Assembly: GCA_027021705.1 (NCBI GenBank)
Contig: JALUTT010000008.1
Span: 1 to 64,000 of the forward strand
Origin: Anaerolineae bacterium
GTDB taxonomy: Bacteria > Chloroflexota > Anaerolineae > S140-20
Direction of reading: 5' to 3'
Length of the DNA: 64,000 nt
Notes under the pieces: model-generated
Told to the model about the DNA's origin: nothing
The model's database searches: none
The model's input: the letters and a program-made list of their open reading frames with translations, nothing else
Position numbers and translations under genes: made by a program
Part shown: positions 46,160-56,889 of the stretch, in pieces
Numbering within the stretch: the stretch's first letter is position 1
Layout of the letters: each line of letters starts with the position of its first letter

Positions 46160-47164
46160 ATGCTGGACATCGCCCTCTCACCCCTGGCTCTGACGGTCAT
46201 CGTCACCGCGCTGATCTTCAATTTCCTCAACGGCTTTCACGACAGCTCCAACCTGGTGGCCACCGCCATCTCCTCCCACGCCCTCTCACCCCGACGGGCC
46301 CTGCTCATCGCGGCGGTGGCCGAGTTCGCCGGCCCCTTCCTCTTCGGCGTTGCCGTCGCCACCACCATCGGCCACGAGGTCGTGGTCGAGCAGGCCATCA
46401 CCCTCCCGATCATCTGGGCCGCCCTGTTGGCCGCCATCCTCTGGAACCTGATCACCTGGTTCTTCGGCATCCCCTCCAGTTCCTCCCATGCCCTCATCGG
46501 GGGGATCATTGGGGCCGTCCTGCTCCGTTCTGGGCAGGCAGCGCTGCGCCAGCAGGGCCTGGTGAAGGTCATCACCGCCCTGGTCATCTCCCCTCCCATA
46601 GGGCTGCTGGTGGGCTACTTCCTGATGCGCCTCACCCTCTTCCTGGCCCGGGGCTTCTCCCCTCGCATCAACTGGTTCTTCAAGCGGGGGCAGGTGCTCA
46701 CCGTCCTCTCCCTGGCCCTGAGCCACGGCACCAACGACGCCCAGAAGACGATGGGGGTGATCGCCATGGTCCTCCTGGCCGATGGGGTCATTTCCTATTT
46801 CTACATCCCTACCTGGGTCATCGTCACCAGTGCCGGGGCCATCGCCTTGGGCGTCTCCCTGGGGGGATGGCGCATCATCAAGACGCTGGGGGGGAAGTTC
46901 TACCGTATCCGTCCCATCCACGGCTTCACCGCTCAGCTCGCCTCTGCCGCCGTCATCATCGGTGCCGCGCTGCTAGGCGGTCCCGTCAGCACCACCCAGG
47001 TGGTCAGCTCGGCCATCATGGGCGTGGGCTCGGCCGAGCGCCTTTCCAAAGTCCGCTGGGGTGTGGCCCAGGAGATCGTTGTCACCTGGATTCTGACCAT
47101 CCCGGCGACGGCTGCTATGGCCGCTTTGATCTACCAGGTACTCGCTGCGCTACTCGTCCGCTGA
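46160..47164 (+). CDS. Inorganic phosphate transporter (PiT)
   Basis: NGFHDSSN, PSSSSH, HGTNDAQK, PVSTT. Confidence 0.95.
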   Translation: MLDIALSPLALTVIVTALIFNFLNGFHDSSNLVATAISSHALSPRRALLIAAVAEFAGPFLFGVAVATTIGHEVVVEQAITLPIIWAALLAAILWNLITWFFGIPSSSSHALIGGIIGAVLLRSGQAALRQQGLVKVITALVISPPIGLLVGYFLMRLTLFLARGFSPRINWFFKRGQVLTVLSLALSHGTNDAQKTMGVIAMVLLADGVISYFYIPTWVIVTSAGAIALGVSLGGWRIIKTLGGKFYRIRPIHGFTAQLASAAVIIGAALLGGPVSTTQVVSSAIMGVGSAERLSKVRWGVAQEIVVTWILTIPATAAMAALIYQVLAALLVR

Positions 47165-47205
47165 TCCGCCGACCCCCAATCCAACCTTTGCCGAGGTGAC
47201 ATCCT

Positions 47206-47838
47206 ATGAGCTGGCTACGCAACCTCTTCAAAAAACAACCCGATAAGTTCATCGCTCTCCTGATCCAACAGGCCGAGTGGACCCTCAAGGGTCTGGAGGA
47301 CTTGGGCGCGTATATGAAGAACCCCACCGAGGAGATCGCCGAGCGCATCACCCTAGCGGAAAAGGAAGCCGATGAGGTCCGGCGTATCCTCATCGAGGAA
47401 CTCAACCGCACCTTCGTCACCCCCATAGACCGGGAGGACATCTACGCCCTCTCCCGGGCCATTGACGACGTGTTGGACTACGCTTACACGACCGTGGGGG
47501 AGATGGACATCCTGGAGGTAGAGCCCAACGACTACCTGCGCCGGATGACCTCGTTGCTCACCGACGCCGCCCGTGAGATCCTGCTGGGTGTCCAGCGGCT
47601 CTCCGACCATCCCGGCGTCACCCAGGACCACGCTGTGCGGGCCAAAGCGCTGGAGAACCGAGTGGAGTGGGTCTATCGGGAGGCGTTGGCCGACCTCTTC
47701 CACCAGCCCCAGGATATGGACCATATCATGGAAATCCTGAAGCTGCGGGAGATCTACCGCCACCTGAGCAACGCCGCCGACCGAGGCGACGAGGCTGCCA
47801 ACATCCTCTCGGACATCGTGGTCAAGACCACCTGGTGA
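47206..47838 (+). CDS. DUF47/PhoU-like Pit accessory protein
   Basis: E.EAD, TFVTPIDRED, DDVLD; adjacent to Pit. Confidence 0.9.
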   Translation: MSWLRNLFKKQPDKFIALLIQQAEWTLKGLEDLGAYMKNPTEEIAERITLAEKEADEVRRILIEELNRTFVTPIDREDIYALSRAIDDVLDYAYTTVGEMDILEVEPNDYLRRMTSLLTDAAREILLGVQRLSDHPGVTQDHAVRAKALENRVEWVYREALADLFHQPQDMDHIMEILKLREIYRHLSNAADRGDEAANILSDIVVKTTW

Positions 47839-47844
47839 GGGGGT

Positions 47845-47873
47845 TTGACAGAACCCTCCCGGTGGACTATAAT
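47845..47873 (+). promoter_or_regulatory. secDF promoter
   Basis: Consensus TTGACA-N17-TATAAT. Confidence 0.8.
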
Positions 47874-47937
47874 TCGCCCGTTTGAGCGACGCCTCACGAG
47901 ACCACACCGTCCACCATCTGTTCCGAGGAAATCCAAG

Positions 47938-49440
47938 ATGCGCGATCGGACTCCCTATTGGTTTCTCTTCATCATTGTGCTCACCGCTCTGGCCCTCTGG
48001 ATAGACCTGCCCGTCCAGCACCCTCAGTGGCTGAACGATCTCCTCCTGTGGCAGCCCCAGGAGGCCCGGGATAACAATCGTAGGCTGGGGCTCGACCCGG
48101 TGCGCACCCACCTGGGGCTGGACCTGCAGGGAGGGCTTCAGGTGCTTCTGGAGGCGGACCTACCGCCGGACCAGACGCTCTCCGAGGGCGCGATGGAGAC
48201 GGCCCGCCAGATCATCGAGCGGCGGGTCAACGGCCTGGGGCTGGCCGAGCCGCTGGTCCAGTTGCAGGGGGAGCGACGGATCATCGTCGAGTTGCCGGGC
48301 GTCGCCAACCCCGACGAGGCCCTCGCCCTGATCCGGGAGACGGGCCTGCTGGAGTTCGTGAATGCGGGCCCCTCCTATATCCCGCCCGGCACCCGGGTGC
48401 GTACCACTTACGGGACCGGAGAGGCCGACACCGGCCCCGCCGAGGGCGCTGGGACGACCACCGAGGTCCAAGCCACTCCTACCCTCACCGCTACGACGCC
48501 CATCACCGGGAGCGAGGGCCTGACCGCCACCGAGACGATTACACCGACGGAGCCTGCTCTGCCCCTCCTGGAGACGGTGATGACCGGGGCGGCCCTGCAG
48601 GATGCTCAGGTGGTCCGCAACCCCAGGACCGGTGAGATCGAGGTCGCCTTCCAGATCCGCCCCGAGAAGGCTGCCTTCTTCGAGGAGTTCACCGGCAGCC
48701 ACATCAACCAGTACCTCTGCATCGTCCTGGACAAGGTGGTGATCTCCTGCCCCGTCATCCGCAACGCCATCCGCGAGAACGGTGTCATCCAGGGCCAGTT
48801 CACCTTGGCCGAGGCCCGCAACCTGGCCCTGCAGCTCCGCTACGGTGCCCTACCCGTCCCGCTGCGCATCGAGACGGTCCGCTCCATCGGTGCGACGTTG
48901 GGCGAGGACTCTATCCGCAAGAGCATCCGGGCCGGCATCATCGGCGTCCTGGTCGTCTTGTCCTTCATGCTCATCTACTACCGCTTCCCCGGCTTTCTGG
49001 CCGACCTGGCGCTGATCATCTATGCCCTCCTCAACCTGGCCGTCTTCAAGCTGCTGCCGGTGACGATGACGTTGCCCGGCATTACCGGCTTCCTCCTCTC
49101 CACGGGGATGGCGGTAGACGCCAACATCCTCATCTTCGAGCGGATGAAGGAGGAGCTACGATGGGGGCGGAGCCTGCGGATGGCCATCGAGGCCGGCTTC
49201 GACCGAGCCTGGACCTCCATTCGCGACTCCAATCTCTCCACCATCATCATCTCGGTCATCCTCTACTGGTTTGGCACCAACTTCGGGGCCAGCGCCGTCA
49301 AGGGCTTCGCCATCACCCTCATCCTGGGGGTGTTGATCAGCATGTTCACCGCCGTCATCGTTACGCGGACCTTCCTGCGGCTGGCCTTCCACTGGGTGCA
49401 ATCCTGGCTGGAAGAACATCCCTGGCTGCTGGGCGTCTGA
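47938..49440 (+). CDS. secD: Protein translocase subunit SecD
   Basis: LGLDLQGG, RVNGLG..EP, GALP, GMAVDANILIFER, DSN. Confidence 0.97.
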   Translation: MRDRTPYWFLFIIVLTALALWIDLPVQHPQWLNDLLLWQPQEARDNNRRLGLDPVRTHLGLDLQGGLQVLLEADLPPDQTLSEGAMETARQIIERRVNGLGLAEPLVQLQGERRIIVELPGVANPDEALALIRETGLLEFVNAGPSYIPPGTRVRTTYGTGEADTGPAEGAGTTTEVQATPTLTATTPITGSEGLTATETITPTEPALPLLETVMTGAALQDAQVVRNPRTGEIEVAFQIRPEKAAFFEEFTGSHINQYLCIVLDKVVISCPVIRNAIRENGVIQGQFTLAEARNLALQLRYGALPVPLRIETVRSIGATLGEDSIRKSIRAGIIGVLVVLSFMLIYYRFPGFLADLALIIYALLNLAVFKLLPVTMTLPGITGFLLSTGMAVDANILIFERMKEELRWGRSLRMAIEAGFDRAWTSIRDSNLSTIIISVILYWFGTNFGASAVKGFAITLILGVLISMFTAVIVTRTFLRLAFHWVQSWLEEHPWLLGV

Positions 49441-49455
49441 GCATCAGGAGGCACG

Positions 49456-50379
49456 ATGTTCAACATTGTCGAGAAGCGAGGCTGGTACTTTCTATTCTCC
49501 GCCCTGGTGATCATCCCGGGGCTCATCGCGATGGCCTACTCAACAGCCCAATTCGGCTCGCCGGTCCGGCTGGACGTGGACTTCACCGGAGGAAGCCTCT
49601 TCGTCCTCAAATTCCAGGAGATCACCTCGGAGGACGCTATCCGGGCCGTCTTCGAGAGCCAAGGGCTTCTGGACCCCTCCATCACCCGGCTGGGCGCCCC
49701 GGAGGAGAGGACCTGGCAGGTGCGGACCGATTTCGTCACCCAGGAGCAGTCAGAGGCCCTCTTCGACGCCCTGGAGCAACAGATCGGTCCCGTGGACCGC
49801 GATGCCTCCAGCGTGGACAGCGTGAGCCCGGCCATCGGCAGCGAGGTGACCCAGGCGGCGACCATTGCCGTCGTCGCCGGGGCCGTCGTCATCCTGGCCT
49901 TCATCGTCTTCGCCTTCCGGCGGGTACCCCATGCCTTCCGCTACGGCACCTGCGCCATCGCCGCGATGGTCCACGACATCCTGGTGGCGATGGGCTTCAT
50001 GTCCATTATGGGGCTGCTGCGGGCCTGGGAGGTGGACGCCCTCTTCCTGACGGCGATGCTGACGGTGATCGGCTTCTCCGTCCAGGACACCATCGTCGTC
50101 TTCGACCGCATCCGGGAGAACATCCCCAAGCGCCGGGGGGAGCCCTTCGAGACCATCGTGAACCGAAGCCTGCTGGAGACCCTGCACCGATCGCTGGCCA
50201 CCCAGCTCAACGCCATCTTCGTGATGGTCGCCATCCTGCTCTTCGGCGGGGCGAGCATCAAGCAGTTCATCGCCGTCCTGCTGGTCGGGCTGATCAGTGG
50301 CACCTACTCCTCCATCTTCAACGCCGTGCCCCTGCTGGTCGTCTGGGAGAAGTGGAGCCAGCGATACGCCCTCGCCTGA
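49456..50379 (+). CDS. secF: Protein translocase subunit SecF
   Basis: DFTGG, HDI, IGFSVQDTIVVFDRIREN, GTYSS. Confidence 0.97.
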   Translation: MFNIVEKRGWYFLFSALVIIPGLIAMAYSTAQFGSPVRLDVDFTGGSLFVLKFQEITSEDAIRAVFESQGLLDPSITRLGAPEERTWQVRTDFVTQEQSEALFDALEQQIGPVDRDASSVDSVSPAIGSEVTQAATIAVVAGAVVILAFIVFAFRRVPHAFRYGTCAIAAMVHDILVAMGFMSIMGLLRAWEVDALFLTAMLTVIGFSVQDTIVVFDRIRENIPKRRGEPFETIVNRSLLETLHRSLATQLNAIFVMVAILLFGGASIKQFIAVLLVGLISGTYSSIFNAVPLLVVWEKWSQRYALA

Positions 50380-50408
50380 TCCTCCCTTCCTTGAGACCTC
50401 CATCCGCA

Positions 50409-50435
50409 AGAGGCCCAGTCCAACGCTGGGCCTCT
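50409..50435 (+). terminator. Hairpin after secF
   Basis: AGAGGCCCAG/CTGGGCCTCT 10-bp stem; weak U-tract. Confidence 0.45.
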
Positions 50436-50450
50436 GACGCAATTCTATAC

Positions 50451-50543
50451 CCCCCCGCAGGTCACCGGTCGGGGGCGCTTTCAGCCCCGATGGGCTACTT
50501 GCAGCACGGTTCCGCGTCGGAAACGCGCCTAACCTGCGGGAGG
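50451..50543. repeat. 93-bp element bounded by CCCCCCGCAGGT/ACCTGCGGGAGG
   Basis: Same terminal motif and near-identical length to 39264-39355. Confidence 0.55.
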
Positions 50544-50569
50544 GTGAGCAGTTACTTTGGAGGAGCAGG

Positions 50570-50598
50570 TTGACACTTCCCTCGGTCTGTAGTAAAGT
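50570..50598 (+). promoter_or_regulatory. Promoter of acetoacetate-CoA ligase
   Basis: TTGACA-N17-TAAAGT. Confidence 0.55.
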
Positions 50599-50715
50599 AA
50601 CGCCGAGCCTCTGGTGACCGGCACCTTCAGAAGGCGGCGGTGGAAGAGCCCGTTATAGGCCCCGGCCTGCCGGATGGTGCATCCGGCAAGAGCGGAGAAA
50701 AAGGAGGCGCGCCCG

Positions 50716-52680
<1,965 letters not shown>

Positions 52681-52720
52681 GCGCGTCCGGCCCGGAATGA
52701 GAGGAGCCGGATGAAACAAG

Positions 52721-52758
52721 CCGAGGGCCTATCCGCCGAGGGGTGGGTAGGCCCTCGG
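52721..52758. terminator. Hairpin between convergent genes
   Basis: CCGAGGGCCTATCC / GGGTAGGCCCTCGG. Confidence 0.65.
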
Positions 52759-53151
52759 TTATTGCACGTGCTCCAGCACCTCGTGCAGCAACTGTCCCGT
52801 GTGGTCGTCGTCCAGCGAATAGTAGGCCAGCCGGCCCTCCTTGCGGTACTTCACCAGCCGGAGGTTGCGTAGCAGGCGCAATTGATGGGAGACGGCGGAG
52901 ATACTGAGCCCCAGCAGGGCTGCCAGATCGCACACGCACAGCTCAGCCCGCGAGAGGGCGAAGATGATCCTGACCCGTGTGGGGTCGCTGAGCACTTTGA
53001 AGATGTTGGCTACTTGCTGAATCGTCTCGTCGGCCGGCATCTGAGCGGCGACGGCCTTGACACGCGGTTCATCCACGTACAGGATTTCGCAGACGTCGTC
53101 TTGAGCCTTGGCGATGGGTTCGGAAACGACCTTCAGGTTTGCTTCGGCCAT
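52759..53151 (-). CDS. ArsR/SmtB/CadC-family metalloregulator
   Basis: DVCEI, FKVLSDPTR, ELCVCDL, SAVSHQLR, DDDH...L.HEVLEH. Confidence 0.93.
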   Translation of the reverse strand: MAEANLKVVSEPIAKAQDDVCEILYVDEPRVKAVAAQMPADETIQQVANIFKVLSDPTRVRIIFALSRAELCVCDLAALLGLSISAVSHQLRLLRNLRLVKYRKEGRLAYYSLDDDHTGQLLHEVLEHVQ

Positions 53152-53158
53152 CTCTTCC

Positions 53159-54502
53159 TCATCCGTTGGTTATCCGTTGATCCACGATTTTCAGGGCTTT
53201 GATCTGGTCTCCCAAGTCCACACCTGTCTCAACTTCCAGGAACAGGTTGCCGTTCTGGACGTTGGTTGGTAGTTCCGGATAAGCATCGTACAGAGCCTGA
53301 CGTACCACGTTCGCGTTAACGTCTCCCCCCTCAACGCGCACCCGCAGGCGATCCGTCAGACCAACCTTGTCCAGTACCAGCTCGACCCGTCCTGTGGCTC
53401 CCGGTACCTGGGCTATCCGCTCGGCGATGACCTGGCCATAGAGGTTCATATCGCCGGCCACGAGCATATCATCAATACGTCCCAAGAGTCGAATGCTCCG
53501 GAATGGCAGCCAGCAGGGACAATCTGCCCAGCGGGCGCGATCACCGGAACGGTATCGTACCAGCGGCATAGCCTCGCGGGTCAGCGTGGTGAAGACCAAC
53601 TCACCCTCGTCGGCCGGCACACCGCTACTCGGATCCACGATCTCGGTCACCAGATGCAGATCGTTCAGGTTGAAAGCAATACATTCCGGCAAAGCGATGG
53701 TCTGGGCACCCCCTATCTCCGTGCTGCCGTAAGCGTCAAAGACTTGCGCCCCCCAGTACTCCTGGAAGTAACGTTTATGCGCCGCGGTGAGCATCTCTCC
53801 GCCTAGCAGAATGGCCTCTAGCCGGGCTTGATACCCTTGACGCTCGGCCTCGCGGGTCAGAGCCGTCATATAGGAGGGTGACGACATAACCACATTGGGC
53901 TCGAAGCGCTGCATCCACCGTAACGTCTCCGCCGGACTCCCGGCTCCTACAGGGATGGGCAGGCCACCAGCCCGCTCCACGGCACGCGCGGCCATAGCCG
54001 CCCCCATCCACAACCCGTGACCGATGGGCAGGGCGATGAGTGCCCATAGCCGGCCCGGATGTCCCACGCGCAGACTTGCGGCTGCCAGATTGGTGAGCAT
54101 CTGCATCTCGCGCCAGGTGTAGAAAACGCGCTTGGGCTCGCCGGTACTGCCTGAGGTCGTGAACACCGCACTCACTTCATCCTCCGGCACGCAGAGAAAC
54201 TGGCGCCAATCCCGGATGTCGTTGGAGGTGGTGAAAGGGAACCACTGCAAATCGGCCAGATCCCGGACGTCACGGGGGCGCACCCCATAGACGTCGAACT
54301 GCTGCCGATAAAAGGGCGAGCGCCTGTAGACGTAGGCCATCACCCGCTGCAGGCGGAGACGCTGGATCTCACGGACCAGATCGGCGTCCATACCTCGACC
54401 GACCAGCTTTTTCAGCATTCTCGCAGCCTGCTTGACCGTCCTCGGGTTGGCCACGCGCTCCTCAAAAGCCCGCAATCCCCGGTCAACAGCCTCAGCGATC
54501 AT
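53159..54502 (-). CDS. Phenylacetate-CoA ligase (PaaK)-like adenylate-forming enzyme
   Basis: SPFYR, TTSGSTGEPK, YGSTE, MPLVRYRSGD, GRIDD. Confidence 0.85.
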   Translation of the reverse strand: MIAEAVDRGLRAFEERVANPRTVKQAARMLKKLVGRGMDADLVREIQRLRLQRVMAYVYRRSPFYRQQFDVYGVRPRDVRDLADLQWFPFTTSNDIRDWRQFLCVPEDEVSAVFTTSGSTGEPKRVFYTWREMQMLTNLAAASLRVGHPGRLWALIALPIGHGLWMGAAMAARAVERAGGLPIPVGAGSPAETLRWMQRFEPNVVMSSPSYMTALTREAERQGYQARLEAILLGGEMLTAAHKRYFQEYWGAQVFDAYGSTEIGGAQTIALPECIAFNLNDLHLVTEIVDPSSGVPADEGELVFTTLTREAMPLVRYRSGDRARWADCPCWLPFRSIRLLGRIDDMLVAGDMNLYGQVIAERIAQVPGATGRVELVLDKVGLTDRLRVRVEGGDVNANVVRQALYDAYPELPTNVQNGNLFLEVETGVDLGDQIKALKIVDQRITNG

Positions 54503-54551
54503 AGCTTTTCTCCTTGCAAACAAGGAGCATCCGAACCCCCCAGCATAGTGC

Positions 54552-56714
54552 CTACCCTCGCAACATCCGCAGCCCGCTCCCGATGACCACGAACTCGCTG
54601 ATCTCGTGGCCCAGCACGGCGATGGGAAGGGTGAACCAGCCGGCCACGGCACCCACGACCAAGCCGCCGATGACCAGCGCCGAAAGAGCCAGGTTCTGGC
54701 GTACCACAGCCTGGTTACGCCGTGCCAGTTGGATGGCGTAAGCCACTTTCTCCAGGTCGTCGGCCATCAGGGCCACATCCGCCGTCTCTAGCGCCACGTC
54801 TGTTCCGGCAGCGCCCATAGCGATGCCCACGGTGGCCTCGGCCAGGGCCGGTGCGTCGTTCACCCCGTCCCCCACCATAGCCACGTGGCCATAGCGCTGG
54901 GCCAGCTCCCGCACCTTGGCCACTTTGTCCTCCGGCTTCAGGTCGGCGTAGGCCTCGTCAATGCCCAGTTCTCGGGCGATGGCCTGGGCCGTGCGCGGAT
55001 TGTCGCCGGTGAGCATAACCACCTTTTCCACTCCGGCGGCGTGGAGTGCCGCGATGGCCTCCTTGGCGTTGGGTCGGATGGTATCCCGGATGGCGATGAG
55101 GCCCAGCACGACCGCCGGCTGCTGATCGCCAACCGCCATCTCGGTTCCCACCAGGACAACGGTCTTGCCTTCGTGTTGGAGGCGCTCGATCTGCCGGTGC
55201 AGGTCGCCGTTGGCGGCCACGGCCTCGGCGAACAGACCGGGGCTGCCCACCAGGAGGGACTGCCCGTTTACCCGACCGCTGGCTCCGGCCCCCGGTAGTG
55301 CCCGGAAGTCGCTCACCGGAGGCACGGATACCCCCTGCTTCTCAGCCGCGCGCACAATGGCCTGCGCCAACGGGTGCTCGCTCCGACTTTCCACTGCAGC
55401 GGCAAGCCGGAGAACTTCGGACCGTGGGTCGTGGCTTGTGGGTTGGAAGGACGAGCCTGAGATCACCACGTCTGTCACTTCTGGCTCCCCCCGTGTCAGC
55501 GTGCCCGTCTTGTCCATAGCCACGACCTTCACCTTCGCCAGTTCCTCGACGTACACCCCCCCCTTGATGAGCACGCCATAGCGGGCGGCGGTGCCCAAGG
55601 TGGCCACCAGGGTGATGGGAATGGAGATAACCAGAGCACAGGGGGCAGCGGCGACGATGAACACGGTGGCGCGTGTGACCCACGTGACCCAGGGCGCGCC
55701 GAAGAGCAGCGGTGGCACCACGGCGATAAGGAGGCCGGCGAGCAGCACCGTTGGGCTGTAGCGGGCACCGAAGCGCTCAATGAAGCGCTGACTGCGGCTC
55801 TTGCGCTCCTGGGCTTCCTCCACCATCTGGATGATGCGGCTGATGGTGTTGTCGGCAAAGGTCTTCGTCGCCCGCACCTCCAGCGCCCCCTCTTGGTTGA
55901 TGCTGCCCGCGAAGACGGTATCCCCTTCCACCTTCTCCACGGGGATGGACTCCCCCGTCACCGGCGATTGGTCCACGCTGGAGCGACCCAGGATCACCAC
56001 ACCGTCGGTGGGCACCGACTGACCCGGCTTGACGATGAAGACGTCGCCGACTCGGAGCTCTTCGACGGGGATCTCCACCTCGCGGCCGTCGCGGCGCACC
56101 AGCGCCACTTTAGGGGCCAGGTCCATCAGCGCCCGGATGGCGGCGCGCGTCTTTTCCTCAGTGTAACCCTCGGCAGCTTCGCTGATGGAGTAGAGGAAAA
56201 CCAGCATCGCCCCCTCGGCGGCCTGCCCCATCAGGGCGGCGACGACGGCGGCGATGCTCATCAGCAGCTCAATACCGATCTCCCGCTCGAAGATGAGTTC
56301 CTCGATGGCCTCACGACCGAAGAAGTAGCCTCCGGTGACAATGGCCAGCCCGTAGACGACGGTTGGCACGACCTCCGGCACGCCGGCCCGTCCCAGAAGC
56401 CAGCCGATAAGCAGCAACAGCCCTGAGGCCGCTGAGGAGAGCACTTTGGGATTGCGCCAGGGTTTGGGCGGCCCGGCCATCTCCAGGCCCCTTTGGGCCG
56501 GGAAGCCAAGGGCCTCCAGCCGACGCCGGAGGGTTTCTGCGTCGGTGGCAGCGGGGTCGAAGGTCAGGCGTACTTTGGAAGCCTTGGGGTAGACCTTCAG
56601 GTCCACCAAGCCCGGGGATCCACGCAGACCGCGCTCGATAGCTGCCGCGTCGTGCTCGCAGTCCAGATTGGCAACTCGCAACTCCAGTTGTTGGATTGGG
56701 GTTTCGGGGTTCAT
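54552..56714 (-). CDS. Heavy-metal P1B-type ATPase (P1B-4-like)
   Basis: HMA-like DCEHD, TGES, APC in TM6, DKTGT, HP, GDGVNDAP, HEISE in last TM. Confidence 0.93.
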   Translation of the reverse strand: MNPETPIQQLELRVANLDCEHDAAAIERGLRGSPGLVDLKVYPKASKVRLTFDPAATDAETLRRRLEALGFPAQRGLEMAGPPKPWRNPKVLSSAASGLLLLIGWLLGRAGVPEVVPTVVYGLAIVTGGYFFGREAIEELIFEREIGIELLMSIAAVVAALMGQAAEGAMLVFLYSISEAAEGYTEEKTRAAIRALMDLAPKVALVRRDGREVEIPVEELRVGDVFIVKPGQSVPTDGVVILGRSSVDQSPVTGESIPVEKVEGDTVFAGSINQEGALEVRATKTFADNTISRIIQMVEEAQERKSRSQRFIERFGARYSPTVLLAGLLIAVVPPLLFGAPWVTWVTRATVFIVAAAPCALVISIPITLVATLGTAARYGVLIKGGVYVEELAKVKVVAMDKTGTLTRGEPEVTDVVISGSSFQPTSHDPRSEVLRLAAAVESRSEHPLAQAIVRAAEKQGVSVPPVSDFRALPGAGASGRVNGQSLLVGSPGLFAEAVAANGDLHRQIERLQHEGKTVVLVGTEMAVGDQQPAVVLGLIAIRDTIRPNAKEAIAALHAAGVEKVVMLTGDNPRTAQAIARELGIDEAYADLKPEDKVAKVRELAQRYGHVAMVGDGVNDAPALAEATVGIAMGAAGTDVALETADVALMADDLEKVAYAIQLARRNQAVVRQNLALSALVIGGLVVGAVAGWFTLPIAVLGHEISEFVVIGSGLRMLRG

Positions 56715-56737
56715 CGCTTCTGCTCCTTCGGTTATTT

Positions 56738-56787
56738 GCATTATTGCTCAAGTATTCAATTATACCCTGGAAGGGGAGGGCTGTCAA
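56738..56787 (-). promoter_or_regulatory. ATPase operon promoter with putative ArsR/SmtB operator
   Basis: Minus strand TTGACA-N17-TATAAT; imperfect palindrome ATAATTGAATA-CT-TGAGCAATAAT overlapping the -10. Confidence 0.6.
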
Positions 56788-56792
56788 GCGAC

Positions 56793-56847
56793 TTGACCAA
56801 AGTGCCAAGGTTGAGTAAAATAAGCAACAATTTAGTCTATCCTAAAT
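56793..56847 (+). promoter_or_regulatory. mntH promoter with putative DtxR/MntR-family operator
   Basis: TTGACC-N17-TAAAAT followed by ATTTAG-TCTATC-CTAAAT (56830-56847). Confidence 0.6.
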
Positions 56848-56889
56848 CTGTTTACGCGCACACTATCCCCCTATCACGGAGTAGAAGCG

